In this document: positions 40,209 through 49,900 of the stretch, in pieces
Layout of the letters: the number at the start of each line of letters is the position of its first letter
Numbering within the stretch: position 1 is the first letter of the stretch
DNA from: Candidatus Latescibacterota bacterium
GTDB taxonomy: Bacteria; Latescibacterota; CBDEFO01
Reading direction: 5' to 3'
DNA length: 64,000 bases
Assembly: GCA_965248755.1 (NCBI GenBank)
Contig: OZ252149.1
Coordinates: 288,001 to 352,000, forward strand
The notes under the pieces: model-generated
The model's database searches: none
Told to the model about the DNA's origin: nothing
Seen by the model: the letters and a program-made list of their open reading frames with translations, nothing else
Translations under genes and position numbers: made by a program

Positions 40209-40268
40209 AGTGCCCATAGGAATGCTGATGGATAGCCAAATGGAAATTACATATGCACTGTGACAGAG

Positions 40269-40573
40269 GATGTCACAATCGGAGGTCCAGCGGACTCCTG
40301 GGGGATGCGCTTTCCAAGCGATCCAAAGCTGATACCATGCCAGCGGCTCCAGGATGAGGTCGCCCCGCCCAGCTACGAATGGAGCTATGGACATGTTCTG
40401 TGAGCCGCTGAAGGGCACAGTCAACTTCTTAGCTTTCCGGAACGTGCTGTATGAATTCGACTACAACAACCTTGCGAGCATGAAGTAGGACATATATGCG
40501 GTGGCCGTTCGACAGACCATTGCCCATCACCAAACGCACCCGCGTTTTCCTGCGCCAAATCGGCATCCAATGA
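40269..40573 (+). pseudogene. iolE: internally deleted IolE/MocC-like (2-keto-myo-inositol dehydratase) remnant
   Basis: IGGPADSWGMRFPSDPK...LQDEVA...YEW joined to MDMFCEP..GTVNF...PFDRPLPITKRTRVFLRQIGI; lies upstream of the iolH-like gene. Confidence 0.6.
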
Positions 40574-40645
40574 ATTTCCCTGTAACCACAATAGTAGTTC
40601 ATTAAGTACCTGTCGATTTTAACCCATTAGCAAAGGAATGAACAA

Positions 40646-41542
40646 ATGAAGATTGCATTGGATCCCTTCTGCCACGCTGATGTCCCCTTTGAAAGGCTCC
40701 CCCATTTAACGGATGAGATGGGCTTTGAGAACCTTGAGCTCTGCTCACGTGATGAGTTTTTTCCTGAATACAACCCGCCGCGGGCAAACGACGATCGCAT
40801 TCGCGCATTCAAGGAGGGGTTGCGCGAGTGCGGCGTGAACTTGGTCTCGGCCCTGGTGACGTATCGCTGGGCCAGCCCGTTCAAAGACGAGCGCGAAGCA
40901 GCCGTGCGCTACTGGAAACGGGCCATAGACATCGCCGTCGAGGTGGGATGCCAGACGGTAAACTCCATATTCGACAGAGGGCCGTCGCCGCAAAGGTCCA
41001 ATTTTCGAGTGGGACCTGAGATGGCAGAGGAGTGCGAAACTGCGTTCTGGAAGTCAATGGACGAACTCGTTCCCATCTTTGAGAGCAAGGGTCTTCCCCT
41101 GCACCTGGAGGCACATCCGGACGATTTTATTGAGGACAGCAACCTGGCGGTGGACATTATCCGGGCAATCGGTTCGCCAATGGTGAAGTATCTCTACTGT
41201 GCGCCGCATACTTTTCATCTGGGCGATGACATGCCCGCGATGATCCGTCACGCCGCGCCCGTGTTGGCCCACGTCCACGTGGCCGATACGTTCAACCACA
41301 AAGCTAGCTGGCGCTACGTGGTCAACCCTGCGGGTTCAACAGCTCGGGTTCATCAACATCTCGACATTGGCGAAGGAGAGATCGACTGGGATCTCTTCTT
41401 CCAGACACTGGCCGAAGTCGGCTTCGACGGGATCATGACCAGCCAAGCGTTTGCCTATCTGCCGGACCGGGCGGTCGAATCCTCGCGCTTCATGCGCGAA
41501 CGCATCCAGCACTATGTGGATAAGTATTGGACGGACAAATGA
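40646..41542 (+). CDS. iolH: IolH-like sugar phosphate isomerase/epimerase
   Basis: MKIALDP, REAAVRYWKRAI, EAHPDDFIE, YLYCAPHTFH, HVHVADTFNH, RVHQHLDIGEGEIDW. Confidence 0.8.
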   Translation: MKIALDPFCHADVPFERLPHLTDEMGFENLELCSRDEFFPEYNPPRANDDRIRAFKEGLRECGVNLVSALVTYRWASPFKDEREAAVRYWKRAIDIAVEVGCQTVNSIFDRGPSPQRSNFRVGPEMAEECETAFWKSMDELVPIFESKGLPLHLEAHPDDFIEDSNLAVDIIRAIGSPMVKYLYCAPHTFHLGDDMPAMIRHAAPVLAHVHVADTFNHKASWRYVVNPAGSTARVHQHLDIGEGEIDWDLFFQTLAEVGFDGIMTSQAFAYLPDRAVESSRFMRERIQHYVDKYWTDK

Positions 41543-41636
41543 CTCGAGCAAGAACAGTGCAGCTCAGCACCACCATTTATCAATCATAATGATCGTGTAA
41601 TTTGCTTTTGGTATCGCTGACGAGCATCGGAGAGCG

Positions 41637-41670
41637 ACCTAACAAAGCGTTGCAGTGGAACTGGCTCACG
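41637..41670 (+). other. attC left half (R''/L'')
   Basis: ACCTAAC AAAGCGTTGCAGTGGAAC, a typical attC start, ~95 bp after the iolH-like stop. No R' found. Confidence 0.45.
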
Positions 41671-41719
41671 GGTCGGTTTTCAGTACCGTGATCAGAACTC
41701 GCGGGTGTGTCGGTCACAA

Positions 41720-41820
41720 AATCCGCTGCACAATTGCATTGACATCCACCACCTGATTTCGTATCTTCCCAGCAAATAGACCAACACCTTTTTATCTTTC
41801 TCCCGAACATAGGCTACACG
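41720..41820 (+). promoter_or_regulatory. repeated sigma70 promoter module, copy 2
   Basis: AATCCGCTGCACAATTGCA-TTGACA(41739)-N17-TATCTT(41762)...CGAACATAGGCT. Confidence 0.7.
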
Positions 41821-41828
41821 CGGCCCTA

Positions 41829-41858
41829 GATGGACTATAATACGATGGACTATAATAC
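41829..41858 (+). repeat. perfect 15-bp tandem duplication
   Basis: GATGGACTATAATAC x2. Confidence 0.95.
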
Positions 41859-42141
41859 ATAGTTCATCTGAAGAACCCGCAAGGACGTCTGTGAGAGATA
41901 GGAAGTTTGAGATATGATAATACCGTTATGTAGCTCACAGAAGCGCATAAAGTCAACAATGCCCCTACCAAGCATAACATCCCGACTGCGGAGGTGATGA
42001 AGGATGGCGATAGATTTGTGCAGGGCAACCTATCCGCAAAGCCACGGAAGTATCTGCGAGCACGTGGCGCCGAGACAAGAGCTCTAACTGGAACGAGACC
42101 GGTGCTTCGTACTCGAACTCGAACCTCAGCCAGCATATTTC

Positions 42142-42207
42142 AAAGCGGCTTCGGACTTTAAGAAAAGCGGCTTCGGGCTTTAAGAAAAGCGGCTTTGGAC
42201 TTTAAGA
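42142..42207 (+). repeat. 3 x 22-bp tandem repeat
   Basis: AAAGCGGCTTYGGRCTTTAAGA x3, ending 10 bp before the ATG at 42218. Confidence 0.95.
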
Positions 42208-42217
42208 AAGGTACGTC

Positions 42218-43093
42218 ATGAACAACGAGATAGGCTTCTTTCTGAATCTGGATCAGGGCTCGATGACCGACGAGCAAGTCGTGGCCATGCTGTCAGAGAT
42301 TGGCTACCAGTGCATCGGATACTCCATGTGTCACCTGAACCCGCAGACTATGACCATAGCACAGATGCAAGCCCTTGTGCGCATGACCGAGGCCGGTGGC
42401 CTGACAATCTCGGAGTGGGTCGTACAGCGTGAATTCGTCCACTTCGACTCCGCTGTGCGGGACAGAGAAATCCAGCTTACCGTGGATTGCCTGCGCGCAG
42501 CCGGCGATCTGGGGATCGGCGTCGTTAACTGCTTCACCGGCCCGGCGCCGTTCATGAGGATCGGCTCACCAACACTCCATCAAGAGATTAGTGAGGGCGA
42601 GGCCTGGGGAATGGTCTGTAATGCATATGACTGCGTTATTCCGGTCGCCGAGCAGGCCGGCGTCAAGATAGCTGTAGAGGCCGTCTACGGTATGGTCTGC
42701 CGCGACTATTACACCCTTGCCGAGCTAATGAGGCGTTACGACTCGGATTCCTTCGGCGTGAACTACGACCCCTCCCATATGGCCCTGCATTACAACACGG
42801 TCCCCTGGACGATTCATCAACTCGCGGATCGGATCTTTCACTGCCACGTGAAGGACGTTGCCGGCGTCCCCGGCAAGATTTATGGGGACACCTTCGTCTT
42901 CCCCTTCCTCGGCGAGGGACGCGTGGAATGGCCCGGCTTTTTCGACGCAATAAAGGCTATCGGATATGAGGGATGTCTCAGCGTGGAATTCGAAGCCTTT
43001 GCCTACTTTGACACATCACTTCAGAAGGATCTGAGACGGGCGGCTGAGCTGTTCTATTGCGACTTCCGGAGTTTGCAGGAGCAGTACAACTGA
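42218..43093 (+). CDS. sugar phosphate isomerase/epimerase (xylose isomerase-like TIM barrel)
   Basis: IAVEAV, GVNYDPSH, FHCHVKD, LGEGRVEW, GYEGCLSVEFE. Confidence 0.92.
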   Translation: MNNEIGFFLNLDQGSMTDEQVVAMLSEIGYQCIGYSMCHLNPQTMTIAQMQALVRMTEAGGLTISEWVVQREFVHFDSAVRDREIQLTVDCLRAAGDLGIGVVNCFTGPAPFMRIGSPTLHQEISEGEAWGMVCNAYDCVIPVAEQAGVKIAVEAVYGMVCRDYYTLAELMRRYDSDSFGVNYDPSHMALHYNTVPWTIHQLADRIFHCHVKDVAGVPGKIYGDTFVFPFLGEGRVEWPGFFDAIKAIGYEGCLSVEFEAFAYFDTSLQKDLRRAAELFYCDFRSLQEQYN

Positions 43094-43210
43094 TCTCGCT
43101 CCACGGGTCTCTGCCGCAGCGGCGGGTCAGCCGTAACTATTCCCACGCAGTTTGTGGAAGCGATTTAAAGGTTATACCCCCTGAAAAATGAGCTCTAAAC
43201 CAGAGCTGCT

Positions 43211-43338
43211 GGCAGTTGTTGTTTGTCTGAGCAATCCGCTGCACAATTTCATTGACATCTGCAATCTTCTTTTGTATCTTACAAGCGAAATGATCAGTAC
43301 CTAACCTATGTATCTTTCCTCTGGAACATAAGCTCCAC
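43211..43338 (+). promoter_or_regulatory. repeated sigma70 promoter module, copy 3
   Basis: GGCAGTTGTTGTTTGTCTGAGCAATCCGCTGCACAATTTCA-TTGACA(43252)-N17-TATCTT(43275)...GGAACATAAGCT. Confidence 0.7.
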
Positions 43339-43654
43339 ATGGCCACAGAATCACTATATGTAGTCTGCTTGACAAAAGAGAGTCCGTAAAATAGCATGGA
43401 AAGTCTTATATTCACCTCTAATCGTGTTAGTCGCTTTGAACACGACTGCTTATGCGCAGCAAATAAGTGACCTAAGCGATTTCAACGGGTTTGCCAGAGA
43501 CGTAGTTGACTTCTGGGTTACTGGTTCTCTGTCAGGATCATCGACTCAGAAACTCCACAAAGTACGGGCCAGCGATTGGAAGTTGGTAAGATCCGTAGAT
43601 ATACCCTATTCTGTAGGTGTCGAGCAGCTATCAGGTGTTGCATATCGAAGGGGT

Positions 43655-43680
43655 GCCGCTCATCTCGCGGCCCGTTAGTT
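43655..43680 (+). other. attC right half (L'/R')
   Basis: GCCGCTCATCTCGCGGCCC GTTAGTT, resembling an attC end, 72 bp before the GH32 ATG. Confidence 0.35.
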
Positions 43681-43752
43681 TCCCATGAATTGTGGCTTCA
43701 CTTCCGCCGATGAGAATAGCTAATTTTCATATCAGACGAAAAGGATGATTAC

Positions 43753-45318
43753 ATGAGTACACAGATGGATTTTACCTCAAAAGTCCCGCAGCGCATCTAC
43801 GCGACCGCACAAGATGAGCAGGTGAAACAACTAAAAACGGATGAGCTGATGATGCGATTCGCTGAGTCGCGCAAACGACTGTCCTCCGACCCCTACCGGC
43901 CGATCTATCATTACGTCAATCCCGAGGGGAAGCTGAACGATCCGAACGGGTTGTGTTACTGGCAGGGGCGGTATCACCTCTTTTACCAGGCCTACCCTCC
44001 GGAAGACCCGCGCCAGCACTGGGGCCACTCGGTCAGCGATGACCTGGTTCACTGGAAAGACCTGCCTCTGGCCATCTATCCGGGCATAGAACGCAGCTGT
44101 TTCAGCGGCAGCACTCTCGTGGAGGAAGACCGCGTCATCGCCATCTACCACGGCACGCGGGCGGGCAACATGGTCGCGGTGTCAGACGATCCCCTGCTCC
44201 TGAACTGGCAGAAAATCCCAGGCAACCCCGTTATCCCCCTGATACAGGCGGACGAAAAGGGACGGCCCTACCGTATTTACGACCCCTGCATCTGGAAGGA
44301 AAAGGACGGGTACTACTCGCTGTCAGGAACACTCAGGGACGGGATAGTCTTAAACGACTGCCGGATGGTGCAGCATCTGTTTTTTTCGCAGGATCTAAAA
44401 CGCTGGACATACCTCGGACCCTTTGTCGAGGGCGATATCTTCACCGAGCCTGGCGAGGACGGCGCTGTACCGTACTTCTGGCCGATCGGCGATAGGTACA
44501 TCCTGTTGTTCGCCAGCCACCTGCGCGGCTCACAGTATCTGCTCGGCGATTACGACGAGGTACATCACAGATTCAAACCCTACGCGCACGGCCGGTTCAA
44601 TTTTGGACCGATGGAACCCGGCGGCGTCCATGCCCCATCGGCCACACCTGATGGCACCGGAGGTGTGTACGTCATCTATAACATCAACAACGGAAAACCT
44701 ACCCAGGGCTGGGACCACATCATGTCTCTCGTGCGCCTGCTGACCCTGCGCGAGGACAAGAAGCTGGGCATCGAACCCGTCCCTGCGGTCGAATCACTCC
44801 GATTCGACCGCAAACACCTCGGCGAGACCTCCTTGCCCGCAAACCGGGAGATCGTGCTCGAGGGCATAGAAGGAAACGCCATGGAGCTCGCTGCCGAAAT
44901 TGATCCGAATGGCGCTCGGGAGGTCTGCGTCAATGTCCTGCGCTCACCAGACAGTGATGAGTATACAGCCATCAGATTCTACAGGCACGGCCACTTGACG
45001 GTGAACAGAGAGGATCAGGCAATCCAGCAGGACGCCCTTGTAATCGACACGTCCCGCTCTTCGCTATTGCCGGACGTGCTCGCGCGTTCACCTGAGGTGG
45101 CACCGTTCCTACTCGAAGCCGGGGAGCCCCTCAAGTTGCGGATCTTTATAGACAGGAGCGTGGTGGAAGTCTTCGCCAACGGCAGACAATGTCTCGCCCT
45201 CCGGGTATACCCCGAGCGTAAGGACAGCGTGGGAGTATCCATTCGTGCCCAGGGTCGCGATGCGTCCTTGCGCTCTCTGGAAGCGTGGCAGATGAAGAGC
45301 ATCTGGAGGCAGGAGTGA
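43753..45318 (+). CDS. glycoside hydrolase family 32 (beta-fructofuranosidase-like)
   Basis: LNDPNG, YHLFYQ, WGHSVSDDLVHW, FSGS, YDP, C-terminal LRIFIDRSVVEVFANG. Confidence 0.93.
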   Translation: MSTQMDFTSKVPQRIYATAQDEQVKQLKTDELMMRFAESRKRLSSDPYRPIYHYVNPEGKLNDPNGLCYWQGRYHLFYQAYPPEDPRQHWGHSVSDDLVHWKDLPLAIYPGIERSCFSGSTLVEEDRVIAIYHGTRAGNMVAVSDDPLLLNWQKIPGNPVIPLIQADEKGRPYRIYDPCIWKEKDGYYSLSGTLRDGIVLNDCRMVQHLFFSQDLKRWTYLGPFVEGDIFTEPGEDGAVPYFWPIGDRYILLFASHLRGSQYLLGDYDEVHHRFKPYAHGRFNFGPMEPGGVHAPSATPDGTGGVYVIYNINNGKPTQGWDHIMSLVRLLTLREDKKLGIEPVPAVESLRFDRKHLGETSLPANREIVLEGIEGNAMELAAEIDPNGAREVCVNVLRSPDSDEYTAIRFYRHGHLTVNREDQAIQQDALVIDTSRSSLLPDVLARSPEVAPFLLEAGEPLKLRIFIDRSVVEVFANGRQCLALRVYPERKDSVGVSIRAQGRDASLRSLEAWQMKSIWRQE

Positions 45319-45349
45319 AACGCCCTTGGAGGACATTGAGAACCCACCA

Positions 45350-45825
45350 CATCTATATCCCGCTATAGTTGCTGCTCTTTACAGGGACATGAGAAAGGGT
45401 GAGATCCTTAAACTCAAATTGGGAGGATGTAGACTGTAAGTAGAGAGTAAAAGTAGTCAAAAATAGAAAAGATCTTCGCACTGGAAACTGCGACAACCGC
45501 ACTATACCTCTGAAGCAGATTTTAGGGGAAACCTTACGCAAACATCCACAACATATTGCCAGCCCTATGTGTTCTACAGCGAGAAATTAGCTGCTGCCAT
45601 GAAGTGAGGAACTACTTTGCAGGTGCTCTGAGAAGGCAGGAATTACGAACTGTAAGCTCACGATATGAGGCGCAACCTCACCTCATGGGTTGTGATTTCT
45701 ACTTTTGACCTTGCCACAGTCAAAAAGCTCAAAGGACACAAACCAGATTGAGATGATACTACTCTAAGCCCATGTTGCTCCAGATCACCTGAGGGATTCG
45801 ATTGACAAACTAAAGCTTGGGGGTC
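45350..45825 (+). pseudogene. decayed phage/island-type tyrosine recombinase
   Basis: Across frames: AIVAALYRDMRKGEILKLK/WEDVD (box I) ... HDMRRNLTSW...DLATVKKLKGHK/IEM..*AHVAPDHLRDSIDKL (box II). Several stops and frameshifts. Confidence 0.8.
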
Positions 45826-45979
45826 ACCAGAGAGACTCCAAGGAGAAAGAGGAGGCGTTTTGCTGAAAGCTGACTTCCTATAAGTGATTTATTTAAGTGA
45901 GATATATTTTAGATAGTTATCACAATATAAGAAAAGGCTGATCTCACAACGAGAACAGCCTCAACTTACTTCAAAATTT

Positions 45980-46161
45980 GGGACCATCGTACAGAAGCGG
46001 ATCACGCTTCTGCCTGGACCTCCGCGCACTGGAAGACGATGCAGGAAACAATCGCTCCGCCTGTAAGCGGCATCCCGCCCCCTTAGACCTTAATAAAGGA
46101 GGAGAACCTGCGATTACGTACCTTATCGGCAGGTTCTTGGAAATCTTTAATTCTGGTCCCC
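45980..46161 (-). ncRNA. candidate structured RNA (6S/SsrS-like?) at the island boundary
   Basis: GGGACCA/TGGTCCC end pairing; nested stems CCTCC/GGAGG and GGGGGCGGGATGC/GCATCGTCTTCC; hairpins CAGAAGCG/CGCTTCTG and GAACCTGC/GCAGGTTC. Family and strand are not confirmed. Confidence 0.35.
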
Positions 46162-46941
46162 ATCTGTTTCTACCGCTACAGACTGATCCCCGATAGGTTC
46201 AATCGGGGACTGACAACATCTAAAGCCTATCAGATCCAGCCTGTAATCTGGAGTCAGATATCTTACGTATCTGGCAGAACACGTCGCGAAGTTCACGTTT
46301 TGAAACCACGATCCCCCCTTGACCACACGCCATCCCTCCCTTGAAGAGTAGACCCCATCGACCCACTCCCACACATTCCCGCTCATATCATAGACACCGT
46401 AGTCGCTGACACATTCTTTCCACTTTCCTATCTTTGCAATACCCCTGTCGCGTCCCCAGTTTCCATCCACTTGATGGGGCGTATTGCACTTGTCTTCATC
46501 GAAACTGTTCCCATAAGGATACACGTGATTATTCATCCCGGTGCAAGCTCTTTCCCATTCCGCTTCGGAACATAGGCGTTTCCCTTTAGATTTACACTTA
46601 GCCTGAGCTTCGTACCAACTCACATTATAAAGTGGATATTCCCCCACGATATTTGGATACTCGTACCTGTCTATCTTGAAATTCTGGATCTGTACCATCC
46701 CGGAGTCCCTTTTCAAACCAGTCCGTGACTTGTTGCCATCCTCCCCGATAAAGCGGCCGTGCCGCTCATCTTGTGCATAGCAGGAGACTGCCAGACAAAC
46801 AAGATGCACCAGAATCATCCATCTTGAAAGAGCAGCCATCATCGCTTTTCCTCCTTGTTTCTCCCCAATGGAATCCCCGATTGAGTCTATCGGGGATTGG
46901 GCATCAAGTAACGATCTCGAATTCCGATCCAGATCCAGCAT
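46147..46941 (-). CDS. FGE-sulfatase (SUMF1/EgtB/PvdO) domain protein, probably secreted
   Basis: FKIDRYEYPN, VSWYEA..C...GKRLCSEAEWERAC, YGVYDMSGNVWEW, GGSW, IGFRCC. The start is probably MMAALS (~46842). Confidence 0.9.
   Translation of the reverse strand: MLDLDRNSRSLLDAQSPIDSIGDSIGEKQGGKAMMAALSRWMILVHLVCLAVSCYAQDERHGRFIGEDGNKSRTGLKRDSGMVQIQNFKIDRYEYPNIVGEYPLYNVSWYEAQAKCKSKGKRLCSEAEWERACTGMNNHVYPYGNSFDEDKCNTPHQVDGNWGRDRGIAKIGKWKECVSDYGVYDMSGNVWEWVDGVYSSREGWRVVKGGSWFQNVNFATCSARYVRYLTPDYRLDLIGFRCCQSPIEPIGDQSVAVETDGDQN
46188..46208. repeat. REP-like 21-bp palindrome (family also at 46875-46895, 50145-50181, 54120-54140, 61168-61200)
   Basis: CCCCGAT-N7-ATCGGGG. Confidence 0.75.
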
Positions 46942-49900
46942 TTTTTCTCACTTCAATCCTGACGGGAAAAGCCCGTTTCAACTCCTCTAAATGCGTAACC
47001 ACAAGTATCTTGTCGAAATCCTTACTTATCTTATCTATGGCTCCAACCAGATGTCCTAATCCCACCGAATCCTGCGTCCCGAAACCCTCATCTATCACTA
47101 AAGTCCGCAGCTTTGTTCCCGCCCTCCGGGCCAGAAGTTTTGACAGGGCTATCCTCAGCGCAAAGTTGGTCCTGAACGCCTCTCCCCCGCTGTAAAGCTC
47201 ATAATCCCTTTCCCCCAGCTCATCGCTGATCTTGATATCCAATGTCTCCCTTAATCCTCCTGATTTTAGACCCCTTTGAGACTCGATCGAGATATGCGTC
47301 TTATTATCTGTCAGTCTCGACAGTATATCGTTCGCCTCATCTTCAATTTCAGGGATAGCGTTCTCTATTATGAGAGCCTGAATCCCATCCTTTCCGAAGG
47401 CCCTTCTAAGCTTATCGTAAATATCCCTCTCCTCTTGTGCCTTCCTTAAAGACTCAGTAACCTCCTTTTTCTCCTCCTCAAGTTCAAGACACTTATCGTA
47501 CCTCGCCTGAGCGCTGCCCTGTTCTCCAAGGAGCTTCTCCCTATTTACTCTGGAATCCCGAAGCGTCTTTTCAATCCCTGAGATCTTCTCCTCCACATCT
47601 ACTATACCCGCTATCTCCACTTTCAAGCCTTTGATATTCCCTTTGGTCTCATCCTGTCTTTTGATCCTATCTTCAAATCTCTTCTCCAATATCTTCAGTA
47701 CCTCTTTTACCGCATCTATCTTATGCCGCGCATCCCTGAGCCTCTCAGCCTGTACGGGGGCCTGGCTTAGGCTATCCAACTCTAGCCTTATCTTTTCGTG
47801 CTCACGCTTGTCGTATTCGACCTTTTGGATCTCGTCCAAAACCCGCTCAAGTTCCTTCTGCTCCTTTTCGGCGTACTTTTTTTTATCTAGAGATATCTTG
47901 GCAGTCCTTATCTCCTCCTTTATCCCAGGTATCGCCTCCATCGCAACGTTATATCGCTCTAAAGTGGAATCCAGACGCGCCTTTTCTGCCTCAAAACCCC
48001 TCAACTTTTCCAGAGTCTCCCTGATCTCCTCGTGCTTTTGTGGGTTGTAACCCAATCCCTCAATTTGCCTTCTTACCCTCTCCAGATCCTCCCTCTCCTC
48101 TGGGGCAAAGTCCTCCTCATCTAGCCTCGTTCGCACAGCTTCCTCATTTTCTTTGAGCTCTGCTATCTTACCCTCAGCCTCGACTGCTTCGTTGAACAAA
48201 GCATCAGCCTGAGCCGCTCCGCTTCTGATCGAAGGCAGAGACTCTAAGACTTTCTTTGCCTCCCTATACTTTCTCCTAAGTTCCGTTCTTTCTTTCTCAT
48301 CCTCCTCTAACTCCCCCCGTATAACCCCAATCTCCCCCTTCACCTTTTCCATTTTCTCCTCCATCTTCCTTACGATATTCTCTCTTTTTTCCTCATCTAT
48401 ATGGCTTTCGCACAGCGGACAGGAAGCATCTTGGCTCTCCTTGATCAGATCCAGTTTATCGTTCTCCTCCGCTATCTCCTTCTCCAAATCCTGCATCCCC
48501 TTTATGTCTCCATCTATCTTGACGTTCAATTCGCTGCCCGTATCCCTTATACCGTCACTTTCACTTTCTAAACCCTCTAACCTTTCCAATTCCTGCCTGA
48601 TCTTTTCAAACCTACCTTTGAGATACTCTTGGGCCTCTGATTTACTACCCAATTCCGTAATCTGATTCCTTAAGGTCCCAAGCTCCACCTCGAAGCCGGA
48701 CTTAGCCTTCTCAATTTTTCTTTCAATCTCCAGTGCTGCCTTTTCCAGCTCATCCTGTCTCCCTCTCAAATCCTCCATCCCCTCATTCTCTTCCCTGGAA
48801 TTAATCAACTCTTGATACTTATTCTCAATCTCTTTTTCTCTCTTCAAAATCTCCTTTGCCTCATCTAAAACTTTTTCCTCTGAAGCGAGCCTCTCCTCCC
48901 ACAGATTCTTGCACTTTTCAACCTCATGTTTTGCCTCTTCGACCTTCCTAGCGACATCCGCTTTCCGAGATTCCAGATCTCTCAGCCTACCAAGTCTTTG
49001 GGTAAACTCTCTTTCCTGACCAATCAATCTATTGTACGTGGAGATATCTCTCTTAATCTCATCTTCTTTGCATATTATCTTCTCATATTCACCGATCTGA
49101 TCGCTGGATGAATCTATCTGTGCCTTTATGTCATCAATCTCGTCCCGGATTCTGTCAAGTTCAGATTCCAAATCCTCTACCTGCTCTCGCTTCCTTTCTA
49201 GATCCCCCTTTTTTTCCCGAAGTTCTGAAAACACCTTCTCCAGAGACTCAATACCTCTGGACAGCTCCGACAGTCTGACTGTCAGTCCGTCAATTTGTTC
49301 TTTATAAAGATCCTTGTGCGAAAGCTCCTCATTGATCCTTTGAGACTCCCTACAATAAGCTTCTATCTCATTATCCAACTTATTATAGTGAGACCTCGAC
49401 AGCTCCCAGAGAAGATCGTACTTGGAGAGACCCAGAATATCTGCCAGAATCTGTTTCCTCTCTGTCGGGGTCTTCCTCGTAAACTCATCAGCCCGTCCTT
49501 GAAGTATAAACGCAGAATTTATGAAGGTATCGTAATCTATCTTTAGAGCATCATCTATCTCCTCCTGTGTTCTTCTGAGAGACGACACATCGGAAAGGAC
49601 CCTGTATTTTCCCTTATCGTTATCATAGACCTGAAACTCCAAACTCGGATGGCCGCTCCCTTTGCCCCTCCTGAAGGATCTTATCACCCTGAATCTCTGC
49701 CCCTCAACATCGAACACAAAATCCACCCTCATCTCAGACGCACCGATCTTCAATAATCCTTCGTTTGCGCCCCTACTTCTGGATTTTCTGGCTTGGCCCC
49801 AGAGAGACCAGGTCATAGCATCTAAAAGCGCTGACTTTCCGTGACCATTCTCCCCAGAAAGGCACGCAACATGAAACCCTGTAAAATCTAAAGGGCGAAC

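Noticed and set aside
42142..42207. CRISPR array
   Set aside because: The repeats are contiguous with no spacers, and no cas genes are present.
45980..46161. tRNA, tmRNA or SRP RNA
   Set aside because: A 7-bp end stem exists, but there is no GTTCRA T-loop, cloverleaf or SRP GGAA/AGCAG motif.
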